From the NCBI RefSeq assembly GCF_006345805.1, contig NW_021832226.1, forward strand, positions 610,426-674,425: DNA of 64,000 nucleotides. Reading direction: 5' to 3'. Within the stretch, counting starts at the first letter, position 1, and every line of letters begins with the position of its first letter. Under the pieces are notes generated by a model. That model was not told where the DNA came from and ran no database searches. It saw only the letters and a program-made list of their open reading frames with translations. The translations under genes were made by a program, and so were the position numbers. The DNA comes from Octopus sinensis. Lineage: Eukaryota. Of this stretch, positions 13,020-26,946 are shown one piece after another.

Positions 13020-13375
13020 GGAATAGATTCTTCTTCCGACTCGGTTGCTGCTTTGGCTGAAGTCCGCAAAGTCGAAAAGTACAAGAATCTTGCCACGCCG
13101 CATTCTTTTGTGCCTTTGGCTTTTGAGACATCAGGCGCTTCCGGTCCGCTCACCTCATGCTTCATGAAAGATCAAGGAATCATCATTGCTCGGAAGAAAA
13201 TGGATGCTTGCGAATCCTCTTGGGTGAGGCAGAGGATCTTGCTCGCAATCGTGCGCGGCAACGCGCGAGCAATCTAACTCCTGCCCCGTCGCGCTCGCAG
13301 ATCGAGCTTGCTCATCTTAAAAAACTTGGCCGTCTGTGCTTGGCCGCTCACTTCCTGACGTTGATATTTTAAGTT
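13020..13375 (+). mobile_element. CRE-like 3' fragment
   Basis: AEVRKVEKYKNL..FVPLAFETSGASGP..ESSWVRQRILLAIVRGNARAI*. Its 3' UTR is related to 31180-31230. Confidence 0.8.
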
Positions 13376-13534
13376 TATTACCATTATCATAATGATTATA
13401 AAATTTTTCCAAAGGTATAATAAGCAAGTGACCTATTACTAGTCTGATTAGATTTAGTCTAGACGTTTAACATTATTAACAGGACTATTTAAGCGATAAC
13501 GCAATTTATCAATATTCATTTTTTAAGTTTTATT

Positions 13535-14450
13535 GATCTTACAACATCTTTTCAAAATCTATTTGTGTTTTCCATTTATTTAACCCCATTCACCGCTGAA
13601 ATTGAGAGGAATGCGGCACGAAGAAAACCGACAGATCTCTTAGGGTCACACCATAAGTTAAGGAGGGAGTTAATCTTATATGATCTTCTTATAGCGGTGA
13701 GGTTTTTGCAATCCAGGACGACGTGCGTTACTGTGTGTCGTCCGTCATGGCAGATTAAACAGAACGGATCGACGTCCTTATCCAGTTTGTTTTGATAGTC
13801 AAGAAATAAAGGGTGATGCCTACAGCGAAATCTTGCGAGTTTGACTCGATCTTTGTGGATGAGATCTTTTTCAGCTGAGTTTATTTTGGTTTTCCATTTA
13901 ATGTCAGATGTTTCGGGTCGTTCAAACTCTCTCAAATCTGGCACGCATCAACGGAATCATCTTATGCGAAGACCTCAATGCAAAACACCCCCTTTGGCTT
14001 TCAACTCAGTTGGTGGATACGAAAGGGAAATCTTTACTTTCCCAATTGGACTCCTCAACAATCCTGAACGACCCATCGAGGAACACAAGGACTCCACTCA
14101 GAGTGACTGATAAACCTACGTAACCCGATGTAACTCTATGCTCTTCATCCGTCGCATCGTCTACGGAGTGGTCAGTCCTCTATTAAATGAGAAGCGACCA
14201 CAACCCGATCGCGGTGAAGATGAAAAGAGAATTTTTCACCAGGAAAGTTCCCATTTCATACAATTACAAAGCGGCGAACTGGCCATGGTTCCAAGAGATA
14301 TTAAACACGAGACTAAAGCTTGACAAGGACATTGGCTTCTTCTCGAAGATTATTCTGAAAGCGAAACCAATGGCTATATCAAAACGTCCACCTCACGCTG
14401 CTTGTAGCCGAAGGAGATCCGACCTGGCCAAGGAAAGAAATCGGCTCAAG
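13535..14450. mobile_element. Ingi/I-group LINE pieces in opposite orientations
   Basis: Minus strand 13576-13915 has a C-terminal CCHC (LARFRC..CLIC..HTVTHVVLDC). Plus strand 13910-14450 has APE motifs (EDLNAKHPLW, PDVTL, SDHNPI, NYKAANW) related to 29070-29830. Confidence 0.7.
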
Positions 14451-14899
14451 AAATCAAACCAAATGTCTACTAAATATTTTTTAAATACGTTTTCAATTGC
14501 TGCCAAGAGACCACCTTGAAAGAGAGAGTCCGATGGGACGGAAAGCGTGGGTATTTTTGTTTCTAAGCATAGCATCCGAATGTCGCCACGAGGAGGTGAC
14601 CAACATCGACAAATCGATATTTTATAACATCTCTGAATTATGCCAACCCATGCCGGTCTTGAAATTTATCCCTCGCGAACTTACAAAAACTTCAGCGCCT
14701 CTTTTGAGCTCTGTAGAGTTACTAGATGTTACCCATCAACGCCCATCGACCACCTTCACTAGGAAACCAGGATTCTTTCCATCAGGTATCATTTTGAAAT
14801 GCGTGGATTAGAATTCCTCAATGCGAGCCTCAACAGCCCACATCGACAACATTGTGTTCCTTTGTCAATGACAAAAGGCGTTCGGTCGAAGGATATCAA

Positions 14900-15010
14900 A
14901 GATAAGACACAATTTCAGAGAGTCATCTTGGCTTTTGGAACGTCTGTCGATCGCTGTGATCAGTGGGAATGGCTTTGATATTCCTGAGGCTGGCCGAGCG
15001 TATTATGAGG
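14900..15010 (+). mobile_element. CRE-like extreme 3' fragment
   Basis: RESSWLLERLSIAVISGNG. Confidence 0.65.
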
Positions 15011-15329
15011 ACATTATCTAATTAAATTATTTATGACAATTAAAATCCAAATCAAGATATAAATTAATTAAATAATTAAGCTTCTTCTATTCGCAAAGTG
15101 ATTCAGATAGGCAAGCCCGCCTCTTTCCCTTCGAGGTACTGACAGGCAGGGGCGATGTTAAAGACATACTAATTTGGTGATAAATCCCTTTTATTTGCTT
15201 GTACAGTTCGAGCGTTATTCCTTATTATGTTAATAATTCTCTATTTCCTTTTATTTCTTACATTTTCCATAAAATTTATTTATTCCTGAAATTTTTTTAA
15301 TAAATAAAGCAAGAACGAAGTTCGATGCT

Positions 15330-15750
15330 AGCTAGGGTAAGTGGCTGAAAAGATAGTCGAAAGCTTAAGGATGAGCTTAACGACGCCGCACTGCGTATCA
15401 ATGGCGATTTCTACGGAGCACAGCAACCGAGATTTGCTGAAAAAGGCACCTCGTTTCCCTTCGATCGTTTGTTTTTGAGGAGATTCTTTTAACAATGTCA
15501 GTGAAGAGTTAAGTCGAACCTTGCAGAAGATTCCTGAGGTTTCGAAGTTAAGAAGTGCAGATTCAAAAGCGACCCAAATACACAGCTATTTAGTCATCTT
15601 TGATCCTTCTGCATGAGCACTGGCAAAGCCCAAGTTGCTGCATGTCTTAAAGTAGCATCGTCGCCAAAAACGAGTCGAAGCAGGTGGTATCCCTAACCAG
15701 AGACCGCCCCTAAAAGGTAAAGTTGTTATCCTTTCAAGACGCTCGCAGTA
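15330..15750 (-). mobile_element. CRE-like 3' fragment
   Basis: RDTTCFDSF, FETSG and RRETRCLFQQISVAVLR. Confidence 0.7.
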
Positions 15751-16331
15751 AAATTAAATCAAAAATCGTTAAATTCAAGAAAATCTTGCATCTCTTTGAA
15801 AGTGTGAAAACCAATTTTTGAAGTCGTATATAAGGCCATTTTCATTATGAAAGGACTGGTTAAAGACTACGGAATACTATTTACGAAGTTCCAGTTAAGT
15901 GCCAAAACGTTTATCTCACGCCATTTTAAGAATTTTATCATTTAAAATTCCAGTGATTATTATATCACTTGCACTATCATAGAAACATAATGTAATGTAA
16001 TAAGTAATTAAGTCCCTACATATAATACAAATGAGACTGTTGTATTGATCATATTTTTATAGGATGCACAGCTGCGTGCTATAATCCCGAGAGTATCAAG
16101 GTCGTCTCCATTTTTAGCTGTCTTTTAATGCGCTGAAAGTCTTTTGAGAGAACAGTAGGTAGTGTTGTTTAATGATGGGATAGTACATAGATGACTGTTT
16201 TGACTATTTGAAACCCATAAATTCATTTCCGAATTTATATTTATAAAATTATTTATTTATCAAAACATCAATTTTCCGCTGGCTTAATATCGAAATAAAT
16301 ATAATTTATCGAGCGGTGTGAGATCTGCTGA

Positions 16332-19300
16332 ATGTCTGCCAAACAAATAAGTGAAGCAAAAGCCAAATATTTGCTCAACAGACATATCTCGGACTCGAAC
16401 TTTATAAAAACAGAATATTACTCATTCTCATCCGTTGAACAGTTATTACTAGACAGCAAAGAACAGCCTTGGCTTATTAATTCTGTAATTAAACGATTTA
16501 TTTGATTTCCTAGAAATTAGTCGTTAAAGTAGATCAGGGAATCAAAAGAAGAGGAAAATTAGGGCTTATAGGCTTGAATCTTAACTTTGAACAGACCATC
16601 GAGTGGATTAAAGGGCAGATGGCATCTGAAATAACGGTTTAGAAGTATTTGATTATTTCAGATCGGGAATACAACGGGAAAACTCAAAAACTTTCTGATA
16701 GAGCCATTTATTCCACACAAAACTGTAATATTTAGGTTATTAGTCCTGCAAGGGAGAGGAATACTACTTGTGCATATACTCGTCCAGATATTACGACACA
16801 ATAATGTTCCACTGCGAGGGGGGAGTGGACGTGGGGGATGTAGATGCCAAGGCACTTAGATTGGACGTTCCTGTGGGCACTGATCCGTGTGGTAATGATA
16901 TCAAGGATACTCTTCTCAGTCAGCTAAGTTGTTCTACGATCAAAGAGTAATAATTGATTATATCAGTCCCAGTATTCTTATTAATTTCATTTCTGATTTG
17001 TATAAAATATACAAAGAACTGTATTTCACATATTTCGAAATAAACCCACTGGGTTGTTATATTTAATATATATCAGTGATTGTGGATGGACGGAAAATAC
17101 ATGCTCTTGATGCTGCAGGAAAACTGGACGAATGTGCGAAGTATTTAAAAAAGGAGTTATGGGGGGAGACTACATTCCCTCCACCTTTTGGACGTGACAT
17201 GTTACCTCAGGTATGATCTACTACTGTTCATTTCCAGGAGGAATTTGTGGCCAAAATGAATGCCTCGTCAGGGGCGTCACTAAAACTGACAATAATAAAC
17301 CCGAACGGACGAATATGGACGTTAGTAGCTGGTGGAGGGGCCTCAGTCATATTCGCGTAGTCAGAAGTCTGCCAATTGTAGGGACACGATTTGTGATCAG
17401 GGGGGAGTCGCAGAGTTGGCCAATTATGGAGAGTATTCCGGTGCTCCCTCAGAGCAGCAGACATATGAATATACCAATGCCATCACAAGGATGATGATTA
17501 AATCAACTGCCAAGAATAAGGTATTGCTCATCGGGGGTGGAATAGCAAATTTCACCAATGTCGGAGACACATTTAAAGTGGGAAATGTTGATGACTGCTT
17601 AGGGAATTATTCGGGCGTTAGAGGAGAATGGACGTGAGTTAAAAGACATCTCTGTCTTTGTGCGGAGGGGAGGCCCCAACTATCAGGAAGGACTCAGGAA
17701 TATGGTCGAATTGGGTATTGACTGACTATTGATGTCTCAGGAAACCGAATTGACTTGCCTTTCAATGTATTTGGCCCTGAGACACACATGACAAGCATTG
17801 TTGGGATGGCCTTGGGTGGAAATGTGGCCAACTCGATGGGTGAGTCTTTCACAACTGCCAATTTTCTCATCAACAACGGATTCAAGAAGGCTATGAATAA
17901 CCATACTTCGTTGGAAAAAGTGGAGATTATTGAGGGGGATGATCGTCCACTTTTTAGCTGCAAAACACGATCAATAGTGTGGGGGATGCAGCATTCAGCA
18001 ATCCAGAGCATGCTGGACTTTGACTACTCCTGTTCAAGGACTGTCCCCTCGGTGGCCGCAGTGGTTAACCCTTTCGCGTATTTGGTGTGCATCATACGTA
18101 GAGAGGACTATCAACATCGATTCTACTGGGGACAGAACGAAATTCTCATCCCCGTATACTCAAAATTGTCACAATCTCTGACAAAGCACACTGACTGTGA
18201 CGTTTTTGTGAATTTTGCTTCCCTCAGAACTGCCTACAGCGTGACAATGGAAGTGATGGAGTGCCAGCGAGTTTTTTTCTTTCGCCCATCAATAGATTCG
18301 AGTCATTGCCATTATTGCTGAGGGCATTCCCGAGAATATGACCCGTCTCCTCATAAAGGAAGCAGAGGAACGAGGACATGTAACCATCATTGGGCCTGCG
18401 ACGGTCGGTGGAATCAAAGCAGGATGTTTTAAGATTGGCAATACTGGAGGGATGATGGAAAACATTCTCTCCTCTAAATTGTATCGTTCTGGAAGTGTTG
18501 CCTACGTCTCAAAATCTGGGGGAATGTCTAATGAACTGAACAATATAATCTCCCGCACTACTGATGGGGTTAACGAGGGAGTGCCATCGGAGGAGACAGG
18601 CTATTTGTCAGTCTGACTTTGCAGATACCCTTGCACTACTTTCATTGACCACATACTTCGCTTTCAGTCTGACCCAGCCATTAAAATGATTGTTCTGTTG
18701 GGAGAAGTCGGTGGGGTGGAAGAATATCGAATTTGTGAGGCACTACTGAACGGGAAAGTCAACAAACCATTGGTTGCCTGGTGCATCGGCACGTGTTCGA
18801 CTCACTTTTCTACTGACGTTGTTTTGACATTCTTCCCTTCAGGTTCAATTCGGGCACGCCGGGTCCTTTGCAAATTCAATCCGTGAAACTGCTGATGCCA
18901 AAAATAGAGCTCTGGCGGAATCCGGTGCGCACGTCCCACAGAGCTTCGACGGTCTTTTCGAACTAATAAGGTTTTTTTTCCTTTTTGAGAGTCCTCAGTG
19001 AAGTTTATAATGAAAACGTTAAGAATGGAAATATAATCCCCGTCAAGGATGTGGCACCTCCTCCAGTCCCCATGGACTATCACTGGGCGAGGGTTTCATT
19101 AAAGGACAAATCAATTTTAGGAATTGGGTCTGATTCGTAAACCCTCGACAGTTACTTCTAGCATATGCGATGAAAGAGGAGGAGAGCTGTTATACGCCGG
19201 GATCCCCATAAGTAGTGTCCTTACACACAACATGGGCATTGGGGGAGTTCTTTCTCTTTTATGGTTCAAAAAACTGTAGTTTTATGTGAATAAAATCATC

Positions 19301-20117
19301 AGACTGCCTCCTAGTGTCACCGAATTTATTGAAATGTCCTTAGTGTTGGTAGCTGACCATGGACCCGCTGTGTCTGCTGCCATGAATACAATCGTCGCCT
19401 CCCGTGCAGGAAAAGACCTTGTTTCCTCCCTCTGTTCCGGTCTCCTAACAATAGTACGTGTTCCTTGCTTTACTTGAAGGGCGACAGGTTTGGAGGTGCG
19501 GTTGATGCTGCCGGGAGAGCATTCTTTGACGCAGTAAATGCGGGAATGTCTCCGGATGAATTTGTTAAAAAAAAACGAAAGCAGAATCAGTACATAATGG
19601 GCATTGGGCACAGAGTCAAATCAGTTGTTTGGATTTGTCGATAGCAGGTGGGAAATCCGGATAAGAGAGTTAAAATACTGATTTCCTACGTAAAGGAGCA
19701 TTTTGACAACACCTCTGTTTTAGACTTTGCGTTAGCGGTTGAGGTGATAACTACTTCTAAGGTACATTAATCTTTTGTTATTATGTTAATTGTTCATCGA
19801 TTTATTTTCATAGAGACCAACTCTTATTCTTAACATCGACGGATGCATTGGGGCCTGCTTCGTTGATTTACTGACTACGTGCTTCACTGCGTTGATTGGT
19901 CTTGAATGATCATCTTATAGTGAGCAAGTACACCATTTCATAAACGCGGGAGTGCTTAATGCGATATTCGTGCTCGGTCGATCAATTGGACTTATAGGTT
20001 TACAATAAACAACTATTTGTAGGACACCACATTGACCAGAAGATACTTAGACAGGACCTTTATCGCCACCCGTGGGATGATATTTCGTATATTAATCCCG
20101 AAAGTTCTGAGAGATAA
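16332..20117 (+). CDS. ACLY: ATP-citrate lyase (fused animal-type), about 21 introns
   Basis: [88 protein letters not shown]. One 1-nt deletion at about 18583. Confidence 0.97.
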
Positions 20118-20421
20118 TTAATGTTCTAATAATTTGGTTTTTTTCATTCAATAATACCTCGACATTCCTGAAATTCCTTTTAACCGCATTTCTACGCTTT
20201 TGATCTAAAAAATTCTACACTTTTGATCCAAACCCTGCAGAGGGTAATGGACACTTGATGGTACTGTCGAAACACATAAACGTCTCATGTCTATTATACA
20301 TGTTTGTATATCGATTTAGGTTTAATTTGACTGAAACAACATTGTAACCACGACAATATTATTGCGCATTAGCATTCATATATTATTAAAAATATGAAAG
20401 AATCGGCATTATCTGGCAAAT

Positions 20422-23365
20422 ATGGTCAAGAAGGTTGTGCTTTACTTTCTTAATATGTCACTTGGTGACCAAGCTGTACTCTTAGATCTCTCTTTTGCTG
20501 AAAAATGAAACATCACAGATGGAATTTTGTGTGAAGGTCAATCAATTGGGACGTAATGTCGTTGAAATGGCATTTTATTTGTTAAAAACATTTTTTAGGT
20601 CTGCACTGCCTTTAATCTCCGTGAACCTTGGTATCTGACTCTAAGCTATCCGAGAAGGAACGGTGAAGGTTATTACTACATTAGGAAATCAACAAAGGTC
20701 TAATTGTCTGATAGACGTTGATAGTTATCTAAACAGCCTTTGGGAAAGTCATCAGGGAGCGTTGAATGTAATATATGCGTGTACTTGTACCCAGAGAATA
20801 CAGTCACTGGACTAATCACACAGTCAATGATAGTAGGTCCTCCTTTGTCATGGCTAGGATTTTTTCTACAACAACGTGAAACAGTTAGTAAGAGATGGAG
20901 TGCTTTATACTCCACCGGAGAGGTGCCTCCTGCTGTCATCGATGGCAGTTTTGAATGACTGCGGACTTTATAACTCAATGAGGCACACTGGGAATTATGT
21001 ATCCGTCGAGAATTACATCCCCGAGAGGTGGCGATAGTGACATTATTGGTAGAATGTTCGAACAGTACGACCTGCCCATGAGCGCCTGGCAGGACAAATT
21101 GGTTTTGTTCCACCAGCAGATGAGCGACGATTAGTATGTCTGGACGGACCTTATTCGCAGTGTCCAGAACGAACGACAAATCAATCCAGCCGCTGAGTAC
21201 TTGAAGTACTGTCAGGACGTGGACATGTTTGGAGTGGAATACGTGCCGATAACCAATAAAAACGGTACCAAAATGTATTTCGGATTGACTCCATACGGAA
21301 TGCATGTGTATAATTACGACAACAAGTAGGCTACTTTTGCTACTGTAGAATTGACATCATCGCTACCTTCCCCTACGGAGAGGTCAAGTCGGTTAATCGA
21401 AAGAATAAGAGAGTCAAGATTGTCTTCAGTGGAGGAAATTCGAGTGATTCGGTAAGAGTGTAGGCGTGAGCAGACTTTTACTATATGGTTGGAAAATGCT
21501 GACGACGGGACGATGCTGACTGACATGATCATGGAATACAGGACTCTCTACATACAGAACAGGAAAGATGATTCAGAGTTTATCAAATTGTTGAAGAAAC
21601 AGGCCTACTCCGAGGAGGAGATTCTCCGCCGACAAAAGTCAGAATTCATTGCCAATTGTAGAGAAGTGATGGGACTCAAGTACAAGCAGATTATGGAAAT
21701 GGAGGAAAGGATCAGATCAATGAGTACCCGACTTAGTACTTATGAGAATTTTGACCAATCGGGTAATATATCCTGAATATATCAGACTTGCCTGAAATGA
21801 GAAACCAAATCCAGACACTTTCTGAGCAGCTCGATCGAATCACTCTAGAAAAGAGGGAGATGGAGTTTCAGTTGAGCCAAATGACTCCCCGTCAGAAGGG
21901 AGACCTTGATGAGACGACTCGCCTTTTGGAAGAGAAGTCAATGCAGATTGAGAAAATGTCACAACAATTGGAGAGGGCAAATGATTTGTTACAATCACGT
22001 GAATACGGAGAACTGTGAGTGGAGTGAACATAGTTTTTGTAGTGATGTACAGGCGGAGGCTGCTCTTGGAACAGCAAGACCGCGTAGTGATTCCTTGGAA
22101 GTGATACAAAATCAAATCGCAAAACTCGAGAATCAGTTCACGTCAGGTCAGTCAGTCCAATATTTTTGTAGACCAAGAACAAAGGAGAAAAGAATATGAA
22201 TCCATTCGCCAGCAACGAGATCAGTTACAAGAGGAACTTTGTCAAACTCTCGAAAGGCAGACTATAACAGAAAGGAAAAGAGAGGAGCAGCTCAGGTTAG
22301 AAGAAGAGTTGAAGGCGACTGAACGGAATCTGTCCAACAGTACTCACTATTTTTCTCATTCTCAGAGTACTACGATGTCACTCCTCAAATCGACAATTTA
22401 TCTGCCAAACTAAAACTTTTGATTGAGGAGAAAACAGAACTTGAACGTCTGCTTAGGGACGTGACCAAGTCCTCCTCTGTGGCTTCAGATGTTCGTCTCA
22501 TCATGGTTGTAAACATGCCTGAATTGCTTTCTTAGGAACAAGATCTCGAAAAAAAGAAGATTGAGGTGGATAACATGCAGAATCAGATCTCGGATTTGGA
22601 AGAGGAGTTGAACAGGGCAAGAAGTCTATTGGAAGCGACAGAACGAGACCAGAAGACAATACTTGAAGAGGAAAGGTATTCGACGCATGCTATCCCGAGA
22701 ACTAAAATTCGTCTAATACAAGAAGAACAAATGAGGCGAGACATGGAGGAGGCTACTCGCCTCAAACTCGAGTTGAGTATGCAAGAAGAACGAATGTTGG
22801 AGGCCAGGCGCCAACAAGCACAGGAAATAGAGCAAAGGACACAATTAATGAATGATTTGGAGGAGAATAGAGCGGCAATTCTTGAACAACTAAAGAATAT
22901 TGATGGTAATGCTATTTTCTATCAAATTTAGAACCGGAGGCACCAAAGTCTTGGTCCTCTGTAGATCTTGTTGAGCAGAATAATGTCCAGTTAGAAGTTG
23001 CCGATGTTGTAGCAGCCGAGGCCCCAATAAGCCGTATGGAGTCTGAAGATGGTGATCGACCTGTTTGATGTATTTTAGTCGAGGTTGTATTTGATGTGGA
23101 TGCAATTTCTTCTCTTCCTCGGTATGAACAAGATAGAGAACCAGCCCAAATAAAAGTTAACAATGAAATGGACGTTAAGAGATAATTATCTAATATTTAG
23201 AATTTCACTTCTCTTCTGGAAAGAACCAAGATCGAAAGCAGGGAGACACCCAATGACGTGATTTATCGGGCAAACATTCGTCAAGGACGGGACAAATACA
23301 AAACTCTCCAGATGATCCGTTCGAATAATACTCGCAAACATATCGAAGCTTTCGAGCTTCGTTAG
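20422..23365 (+). CDS. Divergent ERM-family protein (FERM, long coiled coil, ERM C-terminal domain), about 16 introns
   Basis: MVKK|ISLLLKNETSQMEF aligns with MPKP|INVRVTTMDAELEF. Also NLREPWY, LYPE, EYLKYCQDVDMFGVEY..ITNKNGT and FPYGEV. C-terminus NIRQGRDKYKTLQMIRSNNTRKHIEAFELR*. Confidence 0.9.
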
Positions 23366-24129
23366 TTAATTTAGTTTTCGCGTTGTTTACTGGCATTTCA
23401 TAATAAACATTATTAACCACTCTCTCATACTGATCATTTTTAGTGCTCCATATCTCCAATCATACACTTAATTCCTGAATTACAAACCATACTCAAAAAA
23501 TGTAATGACAGTGAGATCATAAACTGGTGCTATGTTTTTACACATGTCTTTAACAAATATGGGTTACCATGTCAGCTCCTTGCTTGGGTATCATTAATAG
23601 ATAATTATATCGTTAAAAAATTTTCAAGACGAAATTGCATTCGAATTACTGTAATTAACACCCCTATTCTGATTAAAAAACAAACATTAAAATATATAGA
23701 ACTACAAAAAATATGTTTATGCACAAACGGAGTATTATTCTTTAAGAAAATCGAATTTTAAATAATAAAAATTGATTAATATTTTTGAATAAATTAAGTA
23801 TAAAGTACAAAGTAAAAGTACAAAAATTAATTATAAAGTGCAAAACTAGTGTAAATTATAAACGTGTCCTGCATTCGACACCAGAACGCTGAAGGCTAGG
23901 GATCTTCTGCTATATGTCTCCTTTATGAGATAATGGAAATATATCTTTGTAAAATAATTTAAGGCGGGCAGGATACTTGCTGATTGAAATTTTCACAAAG
24001 GACAGCTCCAATGTTTTTTCATGAGCTAAATTATTTCTGTTCTATCATTGGGGGCTCCGATTTAAATCATGAACGTGCAGATCCCTTAATTTATGTTTAA
24101 TTTGAAATATTTCCTTTACTTATCTGACG

Positions 24130-25095
24130 AGAGAGCCCTAACAACTAAAAAAAGGTCTTTTAAGGCACCTGAAACTGAAAGTATTCAGCTACAATTACGG
24201 ACAAAACTCATTGAGGAAGACGTCAAGGCAGCTGTTCGCGCTACATCCTCGGATATGGGAAGCCTTTTGCATCACCCTGCGACTTTTTCCGCATTGGTGC
24301 CAAAACACCCCGGACCCCCTGAGGACTAACATGTTTTCCATCCCCCTAATGTCTTACCACTGACGGCCTCCACCGCAGATGTATGCAAGAGCCTAAAGTC
24401 TTTTCGTCACAGTTTAAGAAACCAAAACCGAGTCACATCCGTAATCTAATATGCACGGCGGTCGCGAAAAATGAGACTAACTTGCTCGAAAATTTCGCTG
24501 GAATTTCTAACAAGATCTTATCTGGCGAAATATGCCCAAAGTCTCCGCCAAAAAATCTAACGTATCCAGCCCATCGTCTACCTGGGCTACTCTAAGCCTT
24601 CTGCGCTCATTTTTGAAACATCCATGACCGAGTCCACAAATGCTGTCCATCAAGGCTACCTTCTCGCGCCATTCCTATTCTTTCTCGCAATTGACAAACT
24701 TTAAGATCCTGTAAAAAGGATCATAATTTATAGTATCTGAAAAACGGTCCAATTGGAAAACCTCCGAAAACAATCCTTACAACGCTCGTGTTGAGTTTCC
24801 GAGCCCTTAGTCACCAATTCAACTCCGGGAAATGAAAAATCGTGAACATCAACACAAACGAATTCATTTTCAAAAAATTTGACAACAGGATCCACCTTCT
24901 TCTCTAAGGAAAACTTGATCTTCATTGAATCCCCTATATCTGAGAGGGGCAGAAGCTGCCATAAAGGACAAAGTTCCAGAATTCTCCGACACATCGGGTC
25001 ACTTATGGAAAGGGTTACCGGCACACGTATCTAGCCAAATATTCTCCCTGGCTATTGTCAGTGGTAATGTCCCGGCTATCTGCCAATAACCAAGC
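24130..25095 (+). mobile_element. CRE-like element collapsed by several internal deletions
   Basis: KLIEEDVKAAVR..KHP, SHIRNL, an RT remnant, then a 3' AIVSGN motif, all within about 1 kb. Confidence 0.7.
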
Positions 25096-25162
25096 TAATC
25101 AAATAACCCCTTTATTTTAACTTAAATTCATATTACAAATGAAAAAAATTATAAACCATGAA

Positions 25163-26946
25163 TCAACATAATATATTCAAATGTTTAATTGTGGGCCTAC
25201 CGTGAGGACAATTCTGCCATATAGACAACATTTCACCAACCCAAGGCTGCTCAAGAAGAGTCAAATTGTGAACAATCTCACGCATTTTGCCCGCGGTTAA
25301 GCTCATTCCGGCACATACTGCACTACGACACGCCCGTGTGGCCATGTGTGTTCGCAGTCTCTCGTCCATTCCACCCACACGTAACATTTCAGACACATCT
25401 ACGAATCAGCTTCTATTTAACTACCAAAAATCGCAGAATCGACACAAAGGGACGGGACACGGCTGATATATACACTCTCTGAAATAAACAATAACTCAAA
25501 ACCATCGGAAATTATAAAATCAAAGCCACAGGATTGGAACATTTCCATACTGTCAACCAGATTGTGTCTCTCGATCGGGCTTAGATGAATTTGTTGTGGA
25601 CTGCAATTATAATTAAAGAAAAGAACCAAATGAGAGGCTGTGAAGACGTATCCGGGGAGGACATTAGTTGCTCAAATCTATATTTCTCGTCAGCTGCGTG
25701 CTGATCAATGATAAATAAGTGTGTTGGGGGAAGGCACACGACAATGAATGAAGCATTGAACTGCCCCACAACACTCAATCTGCACAGATCATCGCGAGTA
25801 AGTCGACATGTCTCGGTGGAAGGTGTAGAGACCGACACAAGTCGAGGTCGAGTGGAGAGAGTTTGGACGTGTTGGGTAGTGTTGAACGTTTGGGTAAGAA
25901 CACATTTAAGGGATAAGACCAAATCCTCCTCAAAAGGAATGAATAGTCGGTCAGAAAGAGTGCATGATATGTTAATTACGAAAAAAGGCTTCTTAGTGCC
26001 ATTGGCGAGTTTGAAGCATTCGTTGATAACATTCCGAACCTGAAAATACAAAATGACTAAACCTTAGGTAGATGAGTGGGGTGATTATTCACGAAAATAA
26101 ATTGTTTGTCAGTCCGACACGAATGAGAGGAAGGACGAGAAACAAGTCCAGAAAATCTGGGATAAAGAATAGCCAAAACTCAAAACGTGGATCTGAGAAA
26201 TCAAAGCGAGCGAGAGAAGAGCAAATCTTATCACCAAATAAATAGGAGACAACATCATTGAGAGTCCCTCCAGTCGACTGCAACAATACTTGACGATTAG
26301 TAGTTCGCAAAGTGAATTTAATTTTAGGAAATGCCAGCAAGTGTGGATGGAGGGATGATACAATCGAAGAAACTCCACGAGACCACGTCCTTATCAATTC
26401 TCTTCTCCTTACAGGCATCGTCCCGTCGAATAAGTCCTCGACAGTCACAGTCGTTCCAATCTTGGGTTATTCAGGAAAAAATACTTGACGGGAAGTTTGA
26501 TCTATTAATCTGGAATGGCCAGTCATTTTCAGTCTGTGGGCCATAGCCATATCGACTGTACGACTGACAACTGTTATCGATCTGCCTTAAATTAACTCAA
26601 AGTACTTGCTGAGTTGGGATATGCAGGAGAGTGCATTTCCCCTGTATCCGAAAGAAGACATTCCAGTTTTCGAGGTGTGCCCATGTCCCACACCCAAATA
26701 TAACACAAATATATACACAACAGGTCAAATGAGTTCTCTCCAATGCCTTCTCCATCATCCCATACTTCAATAGAACGACTTCCACCATTGGACAACAAAA
26801 TGTCTGGTAATTAGACGAGTCTAACCAATCGTGGTGGACTTTGCATCAATGCTGTTCTCAACTAATTCCCGTATTACGGCACATACACTCGACGCTACTT
26901 GGCCACTCACAATTTTACTAGCACATTCATTTGTCAGTCTGTTCAT
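25163..26946 (-). CDS. PMS2: MutL-alpha endonuclease subunit PMS2, miniaturised, 9 introns
   Basis: SGQV..IRELVENSIDA, EVWDDGEGI, HTSK..FGYRGNALS, GTTVTVEDLF..MPVRR, VGQFN, DQHAADEKYRFE, ACRSAV, PW|NCPHGRPT. Confidence 0.93.
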
